Below are positions 27,924 to 37,329 of a DNA stretch of 64,000 nucleotides, one piece after another (the stretch's first letter is position 1; each line of letters starts with the position of its first letter). Location: the IMG/VR virus record IMGVR_UViG_3300042564_002819, positions 266,025 through 330,024 of that record. One strand, given 5' to 3'. The position numbers and the translations under genes are program-made. Below the pieces are notes generated by a model, which was not told where the DNA came from, did not search any database, and saw nothing but the letters and a program-made list of their open reading frames with translations.

Positions 27924-28175
27924 ATGCCGAATCCTGCTACTGCTCCCCGTGACGAATTGAACGAGTTTACTCGCTCTGTATGGCTGCTTGGTAACAGCAA
28001 CTGGGGTAATCACGGTGTACGTCTTCGGAACGGGTTGATTGTCAAACCGATCTACAAGCCCGCAGAAGACGAGACCAGTGAAGATGCATTCTTCACCGAA
28101 GACTATGAATACTGCTGGAACCTGGACGGCACTTCGGTAACCCGCAGGGACTTTGATATGATGGAGATCGTGTGA
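27924..28175 (+). CDS. Hypothetical protein
   Basis: SD GAGGA; TTGACA upstream. Confidence 0.65.
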   Translation: MPNPATAPRDELNEFTRSVWLLGNSNWGNHGVRLRNGLIVKPIYKPAEDETSEDAFFTEDYEYCWNLDGTSVTRRDFDMMEIV

Positions 28176-28176
28176 T

Positions 28177-28584
28177 ATGATCAGAGACCTATTCGTTCCT
28201 GTGGCTGAACTGCTGTTCTGGTTCACCGGCGGAGAACTACTGCTGAATACCTGGTGGTTCTTTGTGTGGGTTGTTGGTGGTGCGTTCCTTGTAACCTTGC
28301 CGCTGTGGTTAGGTATGCGTCTGGCCAGACGTGGTAGTAACCTCAAGTGGATACCTGGCACACTCTTCCTAGTCGGCTTCTTCCCTGCCTTACTGCTGAT
28401 CACCAGCCCAGGCATCATCCAAGCCGACTTGATGGAAGAATGCCTACCCGTCCAGACCGTAACAGTGGATACCGCACAGGTCAAAGGTATTGAAGTTCGA
28501 GTTCGCCAGTGTCGCTTCAAGGCCAACTACTATGACAAAAATTATGGTGAATGGCAAGCCTGGGCGGTTGACCGGCACCAATAA
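28177..28584 (+). CDS. Membrane protein
   Basis: Two hydrophobic segments. Confidence 0.65.
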   Translation: MIRDLFVPVAELLFWFTGGELLLNTWWFFVWVVGGAFLVTLPLWLGMRLARRGSNLKWIPGTLFLVGFFPALLLITSPGIIQADLMEECLPVQTVTVDTAQVKGIEVRVRQCRFKANYYDKNYGEWQAWAVDRHQ

Positions 28585-28869
28585 CTGTATTATAAGCTGC
28601 ATAAGGAGAGACCGGCAACTTGTGTAGTGCATGTAGTGACGACTTGCGGATAACAGGTGGGATCGTGACATGTTGTAAATCTTTATGTAAGGGGTCGACA
28701 CTTTATATAGAGAGAACGCTGCATACGCTGTGGGACCTCGGCGTATCATTAAGGTGATCAAATCACGCAGGGGTAAAAGCCCTAATGAGGGGTCCTAGGA
28801 ATTAAAGGAAATACTGTGAGATATAGAAAGTTTTACGACGACTTCTAGGCTATAACCTAGGAGAATCAA

Positions 28870-29076
28870 ATGGCAAAATCACCTGTTTACGGCAGAGGCC
28901 GTAATCGTAAACATAGAGGGCACCGCGGCCCTGTTCACGCTGCGGCTGCTAACATCAATATGCGTGGCAAAAAAAGCAAACCTGACCACTGCTGGTGCTG
29001 TATTTGTATTGACATGCGTGAAGATATCTTGTATCGTATACACAAGAAGGAGATGAGAGATGAAAGAGACACGTAA
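28870..29076 (+). CDS. Small basic Cys-containing protein
   Basis: SD AGGAGA; CWCCIC. Confidence 0.6.
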   Translation: MAKSPVYGRGRNRKHRGHRGPVHAAAANINMRGKKSKPDHCWCCICIDMREDILYRIHKKEMRDERDT

Positions 29077-29584
29077 GTATCTAGTATTTTTAGACATTGA
29101 CGGCGTTTTTACTAGCTCTCGTGTTCACTTTGCACACGCTGCTGCTTATGAAATGTGGCACAGATTTGATCCTGTAGCAGTTGATTTTATGAACAAGATT
29201 CATGACAGATATCCTGTGGAGTTTGTGATCATGAGTACTTGGAAGGACAACCTTCGCAGTGACGATAACAACGTAAAACACTGGGTTCATGCTGCGTTTG
29301 GCAACAGTGGCTTTCGTGGGCAACTTGCTACACCTTGGAAAACAGATCCTGACAACGTCATCTGGCAGCGTAAAGGTGCAAATGATCGTGCCTACGAAGT
29401 AAAAGAATATTTAGAACTATACGCAACAGATATAAAAGATTACATTTTGTTTGATGATAATCGCTATCAATTCAAAGAAGTGCTAGGCGTTAATCGCCTA
29501 GTTCATACAGATCACGAAAATGGTCTGTTATACAAGCATATGCTAAATGCTCATAGTTTGATGGGACAGTGGCACGAGCGGTGA
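29060..29584 (+). CDS. HAD-superfamily protein (Swiss-Army-knife RNA-repair-like)
   Basis: VFLDIDGV, IMSTW, ILFDD. Confidence 0.8.
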   Translation: MKETRKYLVFLDIDGVFTSSRVHFAHAAAYEMWHRFDPVAVDFMNKIHDRYPVEFVIMSTWKDNLRSDDNNVKHWVHAAFGNSGFRGQLATPWKTDPDNVIWQRKGANDRAYEVKEYLELYATDIKDYILFDDNRYQFKEVLGVNRLVHTDHENGLLYKHMLNAHSLMGQWHER

Positions 29585-29616
29585 CATCGCTCGGAATAAT
29601 AACAAAGGAAACAGAG

Positions 29617-29826
29617 ATGACTAAAGAACAAGTTTTAAAATCGCTACCCACGTTTAAATTGCTGGCATGGGGAGAAACCGCAGAAACCAGCGGCAATGGA
29701 AAATATGTGCATTTTGATGCAAAAGAATCTAGTACACGTATCTTTACTATTGAAGCAATTCTTGCAGAACTAGATAAGCGTGACGACAATCCTAACCGAG
29801 ATTCTAGAAAAAAGAAGAAAAAATGA
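29617..29826 (+). CDS. Hypothetical protein
   Basis: SD AAGGA. Confidence 0.5.
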   Translation: MTKEQVLKSLPTFKLLAWGETAETSGNGKYVHFDAKESSTRIFTIEAILAELDKRDDNPNRDSRKKKKK

Positions 29827-29909
29827 TTAAGTTGCATATTGCTAATTTGGTTAATATTTTGTTATCCAAATTGCAAGAGATATTGTATAATAGATTAATA
29901 AATTAAAGT

Positions 29910-30482
29910 ATGTGTAAGTTAGTTTTTGTTTATAGTTCTATGAATTCCGGTAAAAGCCTAGCTGTTCTTACCAAAAATTATATGTTAAAAGAAAAAGGTT
30001 TTAAGACTGTGCTCATGAAGCCGGCAGTTGATACTAGGACTGCGGCAACTGTGGCTACACGCTTAGGCTTAGAAGAGCCCTGTGTTGTACTAGGAACAAC
30101 TGATTTGCCTAGTCATACTATACTAAAATCAGCACACGACAAGCCTGATTTTATTATTGTTGACGAAGCACAGTTTTTAACAAGCGAACAAGTTTGGGAC
30201 CTAGCTGGCTTAGTCGACAACTGGGGCATAAACGTGTATTGCTATGGTCTACGACTTAACTGGCAAGGAGAGTTTTTTACAGGATCGGAAGCACTGATGA
30301 AAATTGCTGATGTGCTAGAACCAATCGAAAACTTCTGTCAAATAAATAAAGGAGCACTAGCATTCTTTCATATTAAAAAAGCAGGTGGCGATAATCCTGT
30401 AGAAGTTGGAATGGAAGACATGTATGACACTGCGTCTAGAAAAGCCTGGAAGCAGTGGTATGACACAAAAAGGCCTCTGTAG
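29910..30482 (+). CDS. tdk: Thymidine kinase
   Basis: YSSMNSGKS, KPAVDTR, IIVDEAQFLT, YGLR. Confidence 0.92.
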   Translation: MCKLVFVYSSMNSGKSLAVLTKNYMLKEKGFKTVLMKPAVDTRTAATVATRLGLEEPCVVLGTTDLPSHTILKSAHDKPDFIIVDEAQFLTSEQVWDLAGLVDNWGINVYCYGLRLNWQGEFFTGSEALMKIADVLEPIENFCQINKGALAFFHIKKAGGDNPVEVGMEDMYDTASRKAWKQWYDTKRPL

Positions 30483-30548
30483 CTCAATGGATAGAGCAGC
30501 AGACTTCGAATCTGTAGGTTGGGCGTTCGAGTCGCTCCAGGGGTACCA
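30473..30548 (+). tRNA. tRNA-Arg(TCG)
   Basis: GCAGA-CTTCGAA-TCTGT; CCA; overlaps tdk stop. Confidence 0.9.
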
Positions 30549-30610
30549 AAATAACACTTGATCTCTTACTTTGCATAGTGTAAGCTGTAAGTATAGTAAA
30601 GGAGAATCAA

Positions 30611-30790
30611 ATGTGGAAACTTTATATTATGGAATCTGAACGCGGTTGGGGTCAACGAGTTGACGAAATACTAAAGTTCGACACGTATGAAGAGGCCGAT
30701 AAATACAAAAAAGAATTTAACAGTAAAAACAATCTTCCTGAAGTGCCTGATTGGTACATGTATGCAGATGGACCTGTTAAAGTAGATTAA
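30611..30790 (+). CDS. Small hypothetical protein (59 aa)
   Basis: SD AGGAGA; MWKLYIMESERGWGQRVDE...VPDWYMYA. Confidence 0.7.
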   Translation: MWKLYIMESERGWGQRVDEILKFDTYEEADKYKKEFNSKNNLPEVPDWYMYADGPVKVD

Positions 30791-30874
30791 GTCGCTGTGG
30801 TGTAATGGTAGCCACGACAGCTTGAGGTGCTGTTGCCGCAAGGCGTGGGAGTTCGAATCTCCCCAGCGACACCA
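30791..30874 (+). tRNA. tRNA-Leu(GAG)
   Basis: ACAGC-TTGAGGT-GCTGT; variable arm; CCA. Confidence 0.92.
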
Positions 30875-30890
30875 ATTTTAAGGAATAAAA

Positions 30891-31541
30891 ATGGCTCTAA
30901 CTAGATTAATTGGCGACATTCATGGAATGGTAAATGACTACAAGGCCTATTCTATTGGGGATTTTAGTGGTCCTACAATTCAACTTGGCGACTTTGGAGT
31001 TGGGTTCGGTCAAAATGATTACTGGTATGAAAGCATTAATTCTTTTCATAAAGCAGGCAACCATCGGTTTATTCGTGGTAATCATGATAATCCTGCTCTG
31101 TGCAAAACTATGGACGGATACATTACAGACGGTAGCATTGAGAATGATGTAATGTTTATTGGTGGTGCTTGGAGCATCGATAATCCTAATGCACCTCCGG
31201 GTTGGTATAAGCGTACAAAGGACTATGACTGGTGGGAGGAAGAAGAACTCAGCAGTGACGAACTTGAACGTATGATTGATATCTATGCTGTAGTTAAACC
31301 ACGTGTGATGATTACACATGATTGTCCTAACATTATCAGCAGACAGATGTTTTTCAACAGTGGATTTCTAAAAGGTCCTGAATACCCCAACCGTACAAGT
31401 GCTGCGTTTACTCGTATGTTGGATATTCATCAACCCGACGAATGGTACTTTGGACACTGGCATTTTACAATGCAATACAAATACGGACGCACACTATTTC
31501 ACTGTCTTGGTGAACTAGATTACGTAGACGTAGAACTTTAA
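30891..31541 (+). CDS. Calcineurin-like metallophosphoesterase
   Basis: GDIHG, LGDFG, RGNHD, THDCP, FGHWH. Confidence 0.9.
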   Translation: MALTRLIGDIHGMVNDYKAYSIGDFSGPTIQLGDFGVGFGQNDYWYESINSFHKAGNHRFIRGNHDNPALCKTMDGYITDGSIENDVMFIGGAWSIDNPNAPPGWYKRTKDYDWWEEEELSSDELERMIDIYAVVKPRVMITHDCPNIISRQMFFNSGFLKGPEYPNRTSAAFTRMLDIHQPDEWYFGHWHFTMQYKYGRTLFHCLGELDYVDVEL

Positions 31542-31606
31542 GGTTGATGTTCTGTTGTGTACTTGCTATAATGCAAGTCACAACAGCACATTGAAAGAAT
31601 CTTAAA

Positions 31607-31930
31607 ATGTCGGAAACTACGTATAAATTTACTATCGGAGATGAAGGCATGGTTATTTCGGCTAGCTACGATACTGGTTGGAATGACAGTCTCAATTGTG
31701 GCGGCGTTGGCGGCTGGTCCGGAGTTATTAATAGTAACAGCGGAACATACGAATTTTACATGAAAAGTATTAAAAGTCTAAACGGCCTTGCTGTAAAAAG
31801 TAATGGAAAGGACTTTTGGACCGAGTATTACAATTCTAGCAGAGGTGTAGATGGATACACCGTGACTATCGAAGATAACACTATTACTGTTATTGCAAAT
31901 GAACCTCAATCTTTTCCATGGTGGAAATAA
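31607..31930 (+). CDS. Hypothetical protein
   Basis: ORF after promoter-like TATAAT. Confidence 0.55.
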   Translation: MSETTYKFTIGDEGMVISASYDTGWNDSLNCGGVGGWSGVINSNSGTYEFYMKSIKSLNGLAVKSNGKDFWTEYYNSSRGVDGYTVTIEDNTITVIANEPQSFPWWK

Positions 31931-31942
31931 AGGAAAAACAAA

Positions 31943-32179
31943 ATGACTTATATGGCTACATTGTGGTATGCTGGTGCTGTGGTTATGCAACTAGGTTCGG
32001 AAGGACAAAATCTTAATGATTGTGAAATGTTAAAAACTATGATGATCACTGACATTGAACAAACATATTCCGATCCTAGTAAAATTGATGAACTTTCTAA
32101 ATCAATTTTTCCTACAAACCAGTTTGAAGTAACCTGTGAAACACAGTTGCTTGCAGTTGATGAGAAATACAAAAAATGA
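31943..32179 (+). CDS. Hypothetical protein
   Basis: SD AAGGA. Confidence 0.55.
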   Translation: MTYMATLWYAGAVVMQLGSEGQNLNDCEMLKTMMITDIEQTYSDPSKIDELSKSIFPTNQFEVTCETQLLAVDEKYKK

Positions 32180-32568
32180 CATCTAAACTTTATATTGTTA
32201 TGCGGCGTGATCTGTGGGATATGAACCCAGGCAAGGCTATGGCACAGGCTGCTCATGCTCAAGCAGACTTTGACCTGTATATGTTTGCTGATCCTAAAGC
32301 TGCAAAAAGCAAAGAAATTGCAGATGCTGTAATAGCATGGCGTGAAGATAGGCATTTTGGCACTACGCTAGTGCTGCACGAACCAGTGGATACATTTGAC
32401 AAGATTTCAATGAATGTAGCACATTGGGGCTACGTTACTGATCCTACATATCCGTACCGTAACTATTACGGTGAAGTGTTTCTTCGTAGCGAAGTTACCT
32501 GTATGTGGGTATTTGCCTACACTGAAGCAGAACTAAAATATATGAGTCAATTTGATCTTCACCGTTGA
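32176..32568 (+). CDS. Peptidyl-tRNA hydrolase type 2-like protein
   Basis: LYIVMRRDL..MNPGKAMAQAAHA. Confidence 0.75.
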   Translation: MTSKLYIVMRRDLWDMNPGKAMAQAAHAQADFDLYMFADPKAAKSKEIADAVIAWREDRHFGTTLVLHEPVDTFDKISMNVAHWGYVTDPTYPYRNYYGEVFLRSEVTCMWVFAYTEAELKYMSQFDLHR

Positions 32569-32625
32569 CCTTAGGTCAGCTTGATGCTATGTTACATACA
32601 CAGAGAAACAACTTAGGCACAAAAC

Positions 32626-34764
32626 ATGATTATTAATTCAACTCCGGACAATATTGCAACTCTTGGCAACATTGATCAAGTCAGCGAATTTAAAATTCGC
32701 AACAGTGCAAAGGCATTTGGCATTCTTTCGAGTGGGCTTTATGCAAACAAAATTCGAGCAATCATTCGAGAACTAAGCTGCAATGCTGTTGATAGCCATG
32801 TTGCAGCTGGCATTCCTGATATTACTTTTGACGTGCATCTTCCTACTCCGCTTCGTCCGTACTTTTCTATTCGCGACTACGGAACCGGTTTGAGCCACGA
32901 TCAAGTCCTCAATATCTACACCACTTACTTCGAAAGCACCAAAACTAACAGCAACGACTTTATCGGTGCATTGGGTCTTGGATCAAAAAGTCCTTTTAGC
33001 TATACTGACAATTTTACTGTCATTGCAATTAAAGATGGCAAAAAAGGTGTTTACAGTGCATTTATCAACGACAACGGTGTTCCTGCTGTTGCTGTGATGG
33101 GCCAAGGAGATACCGAAGAACCTGCTGGTGTTGAAGTTAAATTTGCAGTTACTGACAGCGACGACTTTCACAAGTTTAAGTACGAAGCAGAACAAGTTTA
33201 TCGTTATTTTGCACTTAAGCCTAATTTTACTGGTGCAGAAGTTAAACTTACTGCCGTTGAGTACTCTGTTGAAAACGTTATTAATAATGTTCATCAACGT
33301 GCAGATGTTGACTATCGTAGCGGTCGTACAAATCGTGCAATTATGGGCAATATTGAGTATCCTATCGAGCTTCCACGTAAAAATACAGAACTCGGAGAAC
33401 TAAGCCACATTGATAACAATAGTCTTGATCTGTTTTTTGAAATCGGTGATTTGGATTTCCAAGCAAGCCGCGAAGGGTTGCAGTATACTGAAAAGACTAT
33501 TGCATCTATTTTGGCAAAATATCGCGAAATTTCAGATGTTCTTGCAGAAAAGTTTGCCAAGGAAACCGCAGGCATTAAAAATAAATGGGAACTTGCAAGG
33601 TTTGTAGTCAATCAATGCAATAGCCAATTGTGGTCTACTGCTGCAAGACAGTATGTTAGCAAACATAAAGTTCCGTTTGTTCACTGCTATTCACACGGTC
33701 ACGCATATCTAACTGCTGCCGATGTATCAATCAAGGTCATCGAAGAACAGTTCAATATTTCTGTACGAGCTTTCACAGTCGACGACGGATACAGCGTAGA
33801 TCGTACTTCTAGTGAAGTTAAGCCTAGCTATAGTCAGACTTTCTCAGTTTGCCCAAGCCAAAACATGAAATTTGTAAAAAACCCTGAGAATAAAAAAATC
33901 TGGGAACAAAGTAAGTATCACTTCAAGACGCAGACTGAGGGTAAACATCTTGTGTGGGTATTGTATGCCAAGGATCCTGCTAAGCCTGTGCTGTTTGACA
34001 AGTTTTTTAAGTTCATTTACGATCCTCCCGAAAACAGTATTTTTGAAGTAGAGAATCTTGTTAAGAAAGAAGTTAAACAACGGCAAAAACAAAACAGAAA
34101 GATTTCTACTCTGCGTCTTGCTTATCGTCAAAGTAGTTATAAGGACGAGTGTGTTTGGGAGCCTTATGTTCTCGATCAGACCCAACAACAGACTGAAACC
34201 AACTATTATGTTCCGATCAAAGGTTACCAGGCGTTTGACCGTAATAATCAACCTATTGACATCAAGCAGTATTATATGCAACTGATGAAAAGTAAGAAAA
34301 AGGAATTTCACAAGCTTCGAGTGTTTGGTGTTCGCCAGGACGACATTCCTGTTGTCGAAAGCCAAAGTAATTGGATTTTGCTGGATGACTTTCTTGCAGT
34401 TGAACTTGGACGGGTTACTAAAGAAGATTTCTTTGGAATGATTGTTGCTTCGGTTGACAAGAATAATTCAAGAATGTATACTTCAGAAAGGATCATGAAA
34501 AACTTAGATCCTAGCAGTCCGTTTGTACTGTTTGGTTCTAAGGCAACTACGGCAGAAAATAACACACTTCATTATCTTGCTGACTTGTGTAAAATTTATG
34601 CACCTGCGGTAGACGTAGAAAATCTTAAAAATGAGGCAAAAGCTGAAATGGAAAAGATTCAAACACGCTATCCTATGTTAAAACTTCTCCGCAACGGTTA
34701 TTACGACGACCCGGCTGTGGTAGAATATATCCAATTCGTCGATCAACACAAAGGATTGAACTAA
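32626..34764 (+). CDS. rIIA: rIIA-like protein (GHKL ATPase N-terminus)
   Basis: ILSSGLYANKIRAIIRELSCNAVDSH, IRDYGTGL, GALGLGSKSPFSY. Confidence 0.9.
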   Translation: MIINSTPDNIATLGNIDQVSEFKIRNSAKAFGILSSGLYANKIRAIIRELSCNAVDSHVAAGIPDITFDVHLPTPLRPYFSIRDYGTGLSHDQVLNIYTTYFESTKTNSNDFIGALGLGSKSPFSYTDNFTVIAIKDGKKGVYSAFINDNGVPAVAVMGQGDTEEPAGVEVKFAVTDSDDFHKFKYEAEQVYRYFALKPNFTGAEVKLTAVEYSVENVINNVHQRADVDYRSGRTNRAIMGNIEYPIELPRKNTELGELSHIDNNSLDLFFEIGDLDFQASREGLQYTEKTIASILAKYREISDVLAEKFAKETAGIKNKWELARFVVNQCNSQLWSTAARQYVSKHKVPFVHCYSHGHAYLTAADVSIKVIEEQFNISVRAFTVDDGYSVDRTSSEVKPSYSQTFSVCPSQNMKFVKNPENKKIWEQSKYHFKTQTEGKHLVWVLYAKDPAKPVLFDKFFKFIYDPPENSIFEVENLVKKEVKQRQKQNRKISTLRLAYRQSSYKDECVWEPYVLDQTQQQTETNYYVPIKGYQAFDRNNQPIDIKQYYMQLMKSKKKEFHKLRVFGVRQDDIPVVESQSNWILLDDFLAVELGRVTKEDFFGMIVASVDKNNSRMYTSERIMKNLDPSSPFVLFGSKATTAENNTLHYLADLCKIYAPAVDVENLKNEAKAEMEKIQTRYPMLKLLRNGYYDDPAVVEYIQFVDQHKGLN

Positions 34765-35594
34765 TGTTTCCGTATATGATTCAAGGCAATAACATTGTTG
34801 TAGTTATCGGTACTCAACCGCATACTATCAACAAAACCCATGTTGCATACGAAAAGGTCAAAAACGCTATTCGTAATAACGACTGGGATACCGTAAAGAA
34901 AATTATCGACCCTGAGAAGGTTGTTCTCGATTATGGCAGCGGTCGTGTTGCTGTGCAAGGAGACAAGCTGTTCTGGGACGGTGTTGAAATGCACAACGCT
35001 CTGTCACGCCGCATGATTCAAATGCTGCAAGAAGACTTCCCGATTGAGCCGCTGGTTAAGTTTATGGAAAACCTCCACGAAAACCCGAGCTTCCGTGCAG
35101 TTAACGAACTGTATGGCTTCCTTGAAAAGAACAGCCTGCCGATTACTCCGGACGGTCACTTCCTTGCTTACAAGAAGGTGCGTGACGACTTTATGGACGT
35201 ACACTCGGGCACTGTGTCTAACAAGCCTGCTTATGCGTTTACGGACGAAGAAAAAGCTGCTATGCCGTTAACTTCGGGTAAGAAAAAAGAAGTTTCTGTT
35301 GCACTCGAAAATGGTGTAACTGTTATCTCGATGCCGCGTAACATGGTCAATGACGATAAGAATCAGACTTGCAGCGAAGGTTTGCACTTCTGCTCTAAAG
35401 AGTACTTGGGTCACTTCGGTGGTGAACGAATCGTGATCCTTAAAATTAACCCGCGTGATGTTGTTAGTATTCCTTCGGATTACAACAACAGCAAGGGTCG
35501 TGCTTGCCGTTACGAGATTGCTGGCGAACTTGGCGTTGATCCTGATACTGCATTTACTGCTGCTGTACAGGAAAATGCTAACACAGAAGCATAA
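34764..35594 (+). CDS. rIIB: rIIB-like protein
   Basis: NPSFRAVNELYGFL, DGHFLAYKKV, CSEGLHFCS, VVSIPSDYNNSKGRAC. Confidence 0.92.
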   Translation: MFPYMIQGNNIVVVIGTQPHTINKTHVAYEKVKNAIRNNDWDTVKKIIDPEKVVLDYGSGRVAVQGDKLFWDGVEMHNALSRRMIQMLQEDFPIEPLVKFMENLHENPSFRAVNELYGFLEKNSLPITPDGHFLAYKKVRDDFMDVHSGTVSNKPAYAFTDEEKAAMPLTSGKKKEVSVALENGVTVISMPRNMVNDDKNQTCSEGLHFCSKEYLGHFGGERIVILKINPRDVVSIPSDYNNSKGRACRYEIAGELGVDPDTAFTAAVQENANTEA

Positions 35595-35776
35595 TATGAA
35601 ATTAGCTATTGTAATGATAGTCTCGTACATCCCGTTTTTTTACGGGATGTACAAAATGTATAAAGAAGAACAAGCCGAAAAAAATAGCCATCGTCCTAAG
35701 TCTTCTTCTAAAAATACTTGACAAGCTTATTGTAGTTATATAGTGTATAAACAACGTAACACATAGAGGATTTAAA

Positions 35777-36220
35777 ATGTTAATCGTATTTGATATTGAT
35801 GGAACACTGGCTAACATCGAGCATCGTTTGGACTATGTTCGTAGCAAGCCCAAGAACTGGGCTGCGTTTGATGCTGGCATTCCGAATGATAAAGTAAACG
35901 AGCCTGTAGCAGAAGCATTCCGCTCGCTGTCTGCATTTAACACTATCATTCTTGCGAGTGGGCGGAATGAGCGTAGTCGCTCTGCTACTGAAAAGTGGCT
36001 ACAGAGCAATGGGTTTTATGAATACGAAAAACTCTACATGCGTAAGGCAGACGACTTTCGCGGTGACGACATTGTGAAGCAGGAAATCCTGGATCAAATC
36101 GTTGCTGACTACGGTAAGAAGCCGGACATGGTGTTCGACGACAGGCCTCGCGTGGTTCGCATGTGGCGTGATAACGGTATCTTTGTGTTTAACGTATACC
36201 AAGGTGAGGAGGACTTCTAA
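35777..36220 (+). CDS. HAD phosphatase (PNK 3'-phosphatase-like)
   Basis: FDIDGTLA, SGR, LYMRKADDFRGD, FDDRPRVV. Confidence 0.85.
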   Translation: MLIVFDIDGTLANIEHRLDYVRSKPKNWAAFDAGIPNDKVNEPVAEAFRSLSAFNTIILASGRNERSRSATEKWLQSNGFYEYEKLYMRKADDFRGDDIVKQEILDQIVADYGKKPDMVFDDRPRVVRMWRDNGIFVFNVYQGEEDF

Positions 36221-36517
36221 ATGACCGAAAAAACTGTAGATGAACGTATTCGTCAGCATTACCAAGTAAATAAAGGCGAATGGCTTGTTGAAAAAGGCAA
36301 AGTGAAAGAGGCAAAGCTGCTGAAAGAAGCTTGCGAAACAATTGAACGTCTGCGTAATCAAGCTGCTAATTCTGAGCGTCTTTATTGGGAAATGCTTAGA
36401 AAAACAGAGGCAAAACAGTCTGAGCTTTCAAAGCGTGAAAAGGATATTGCAGAGCGTGAAGAAAAGTTTGAGGCTCGCAAGGCTTCTTTCATTCGAGATT
36501 TTGAAAAATGGGTGTAA
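36221..36517 (+). CDS. Hypothetical coiled-coil protein
   Basis: SD GAGGAGG. Confidence 0.6.
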   Translation: MTEKTVDERIRQHYQVNKGEWLVEKGKVKEAKLLKEACETIERLRNQAANSERLYWEMLRKTEAKQSELSKREKDIAEREEKFEARKASFIRDFEKWV

Positions 36518-36568
36518 GCTAAAGCATATACTATGATTGCATAGCATTAATGCTATTTTAAAGCCTGG

Positions 36569-37300
36569 TTAAACTCCAGGCTTTTCTTTTGGTTCTAGCG
36601 TGGTTTGTTGAGGCGGCGGAGCAGGTTGTTGTGCTGCTCGGTCTCTTGAACGATTTCTTGCTTGTAGTTCGTTATCAATCCATGCTTGTGCAGTAGGATT
36701 CTTAACTGGTGTATTAAGCCATCTGCGTATAGGACGTTCGACTCTATTAAAATTAGGCTGTTCGCCGTTGTTATCTACTACAAAAAATCTATCGCCGAAT
36801 AAAGTTTTTAATTGTTCAGCACCTTGCTGTATTCTATCATATGTCGTTTTTATGAAATTGTGATCTATTTCTCTACCGTAGTCCGGACCAGGCACTTGAG
36901 CTCTTCTTTCAGCTCGTTCGATACTGGTTTCTAGTGTAACATCAACAAACACCATTATGGTTTCGTAACCTCTAGACTCTAATGTTTCTTTGATTTCCTT
37001 AATTACATTTGGATTTTTTGCTGTTCCGTTAACGATTAAGCCCATTCTACCTTTTTGTGATAATTCGTCTTCTTTTCTATAATGCTGCCAAAATTTTTCG
37101 TAATCTTGTGGTTGGCCTTTTTTCTGGTAAAGTGTCCAAAATTTATCTACATTTAGTTCTTTTAAGCCACTGCCTCTAAATAAACGACTAACTACTGTGC
37201 TTTTACCTGCGCCGGGAGCACCGGCCATAAAAACAGCCTTGAAAATGTTAGGATCGTACACGCCCTCTTTTGTAATTTGGGTGATTTCGTTAATCTTCAT
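36569..37300 (-). CDS. P-loop kinase (zeta-toxin/AAA_33-like)
   Basis: FKAVFMAGAPGAGKS, IVNGT, MVFVDVTLETSIERAERR. Confidence 0.8.
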   Translation of the reverse strand: MKINEITQITKEGVYDPNIFKAVFMAGAPGAGKSTVVSRLFRGSGLKELNVDKFWTLYQKKGQPQDYEKFWQHYRKEDELSQKGRMGLIVNGTAKNPNVIKEIKETLESRGYETIMVFVDVTLETSIERAERRAQVPGPDYGREIDHNFIKTTYDRIQQGAEQLKTLFGDRFFVVDNNGEQPNFNRVERPIRRWLNTPVKNPTAQAWIDNELQARNRSRDRAAQQPAPPPQQTTLEPKEKPGV

Positions 37301-37329
37301 ACTATATTTATGTTTGAAATAAATATAAT

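Noticed and set aside
27256-28526. Long antisense ORFs (199 and 213 aa)
   Set aside because: Shadows of GC-richer + strand genes that have promoters and SDs.
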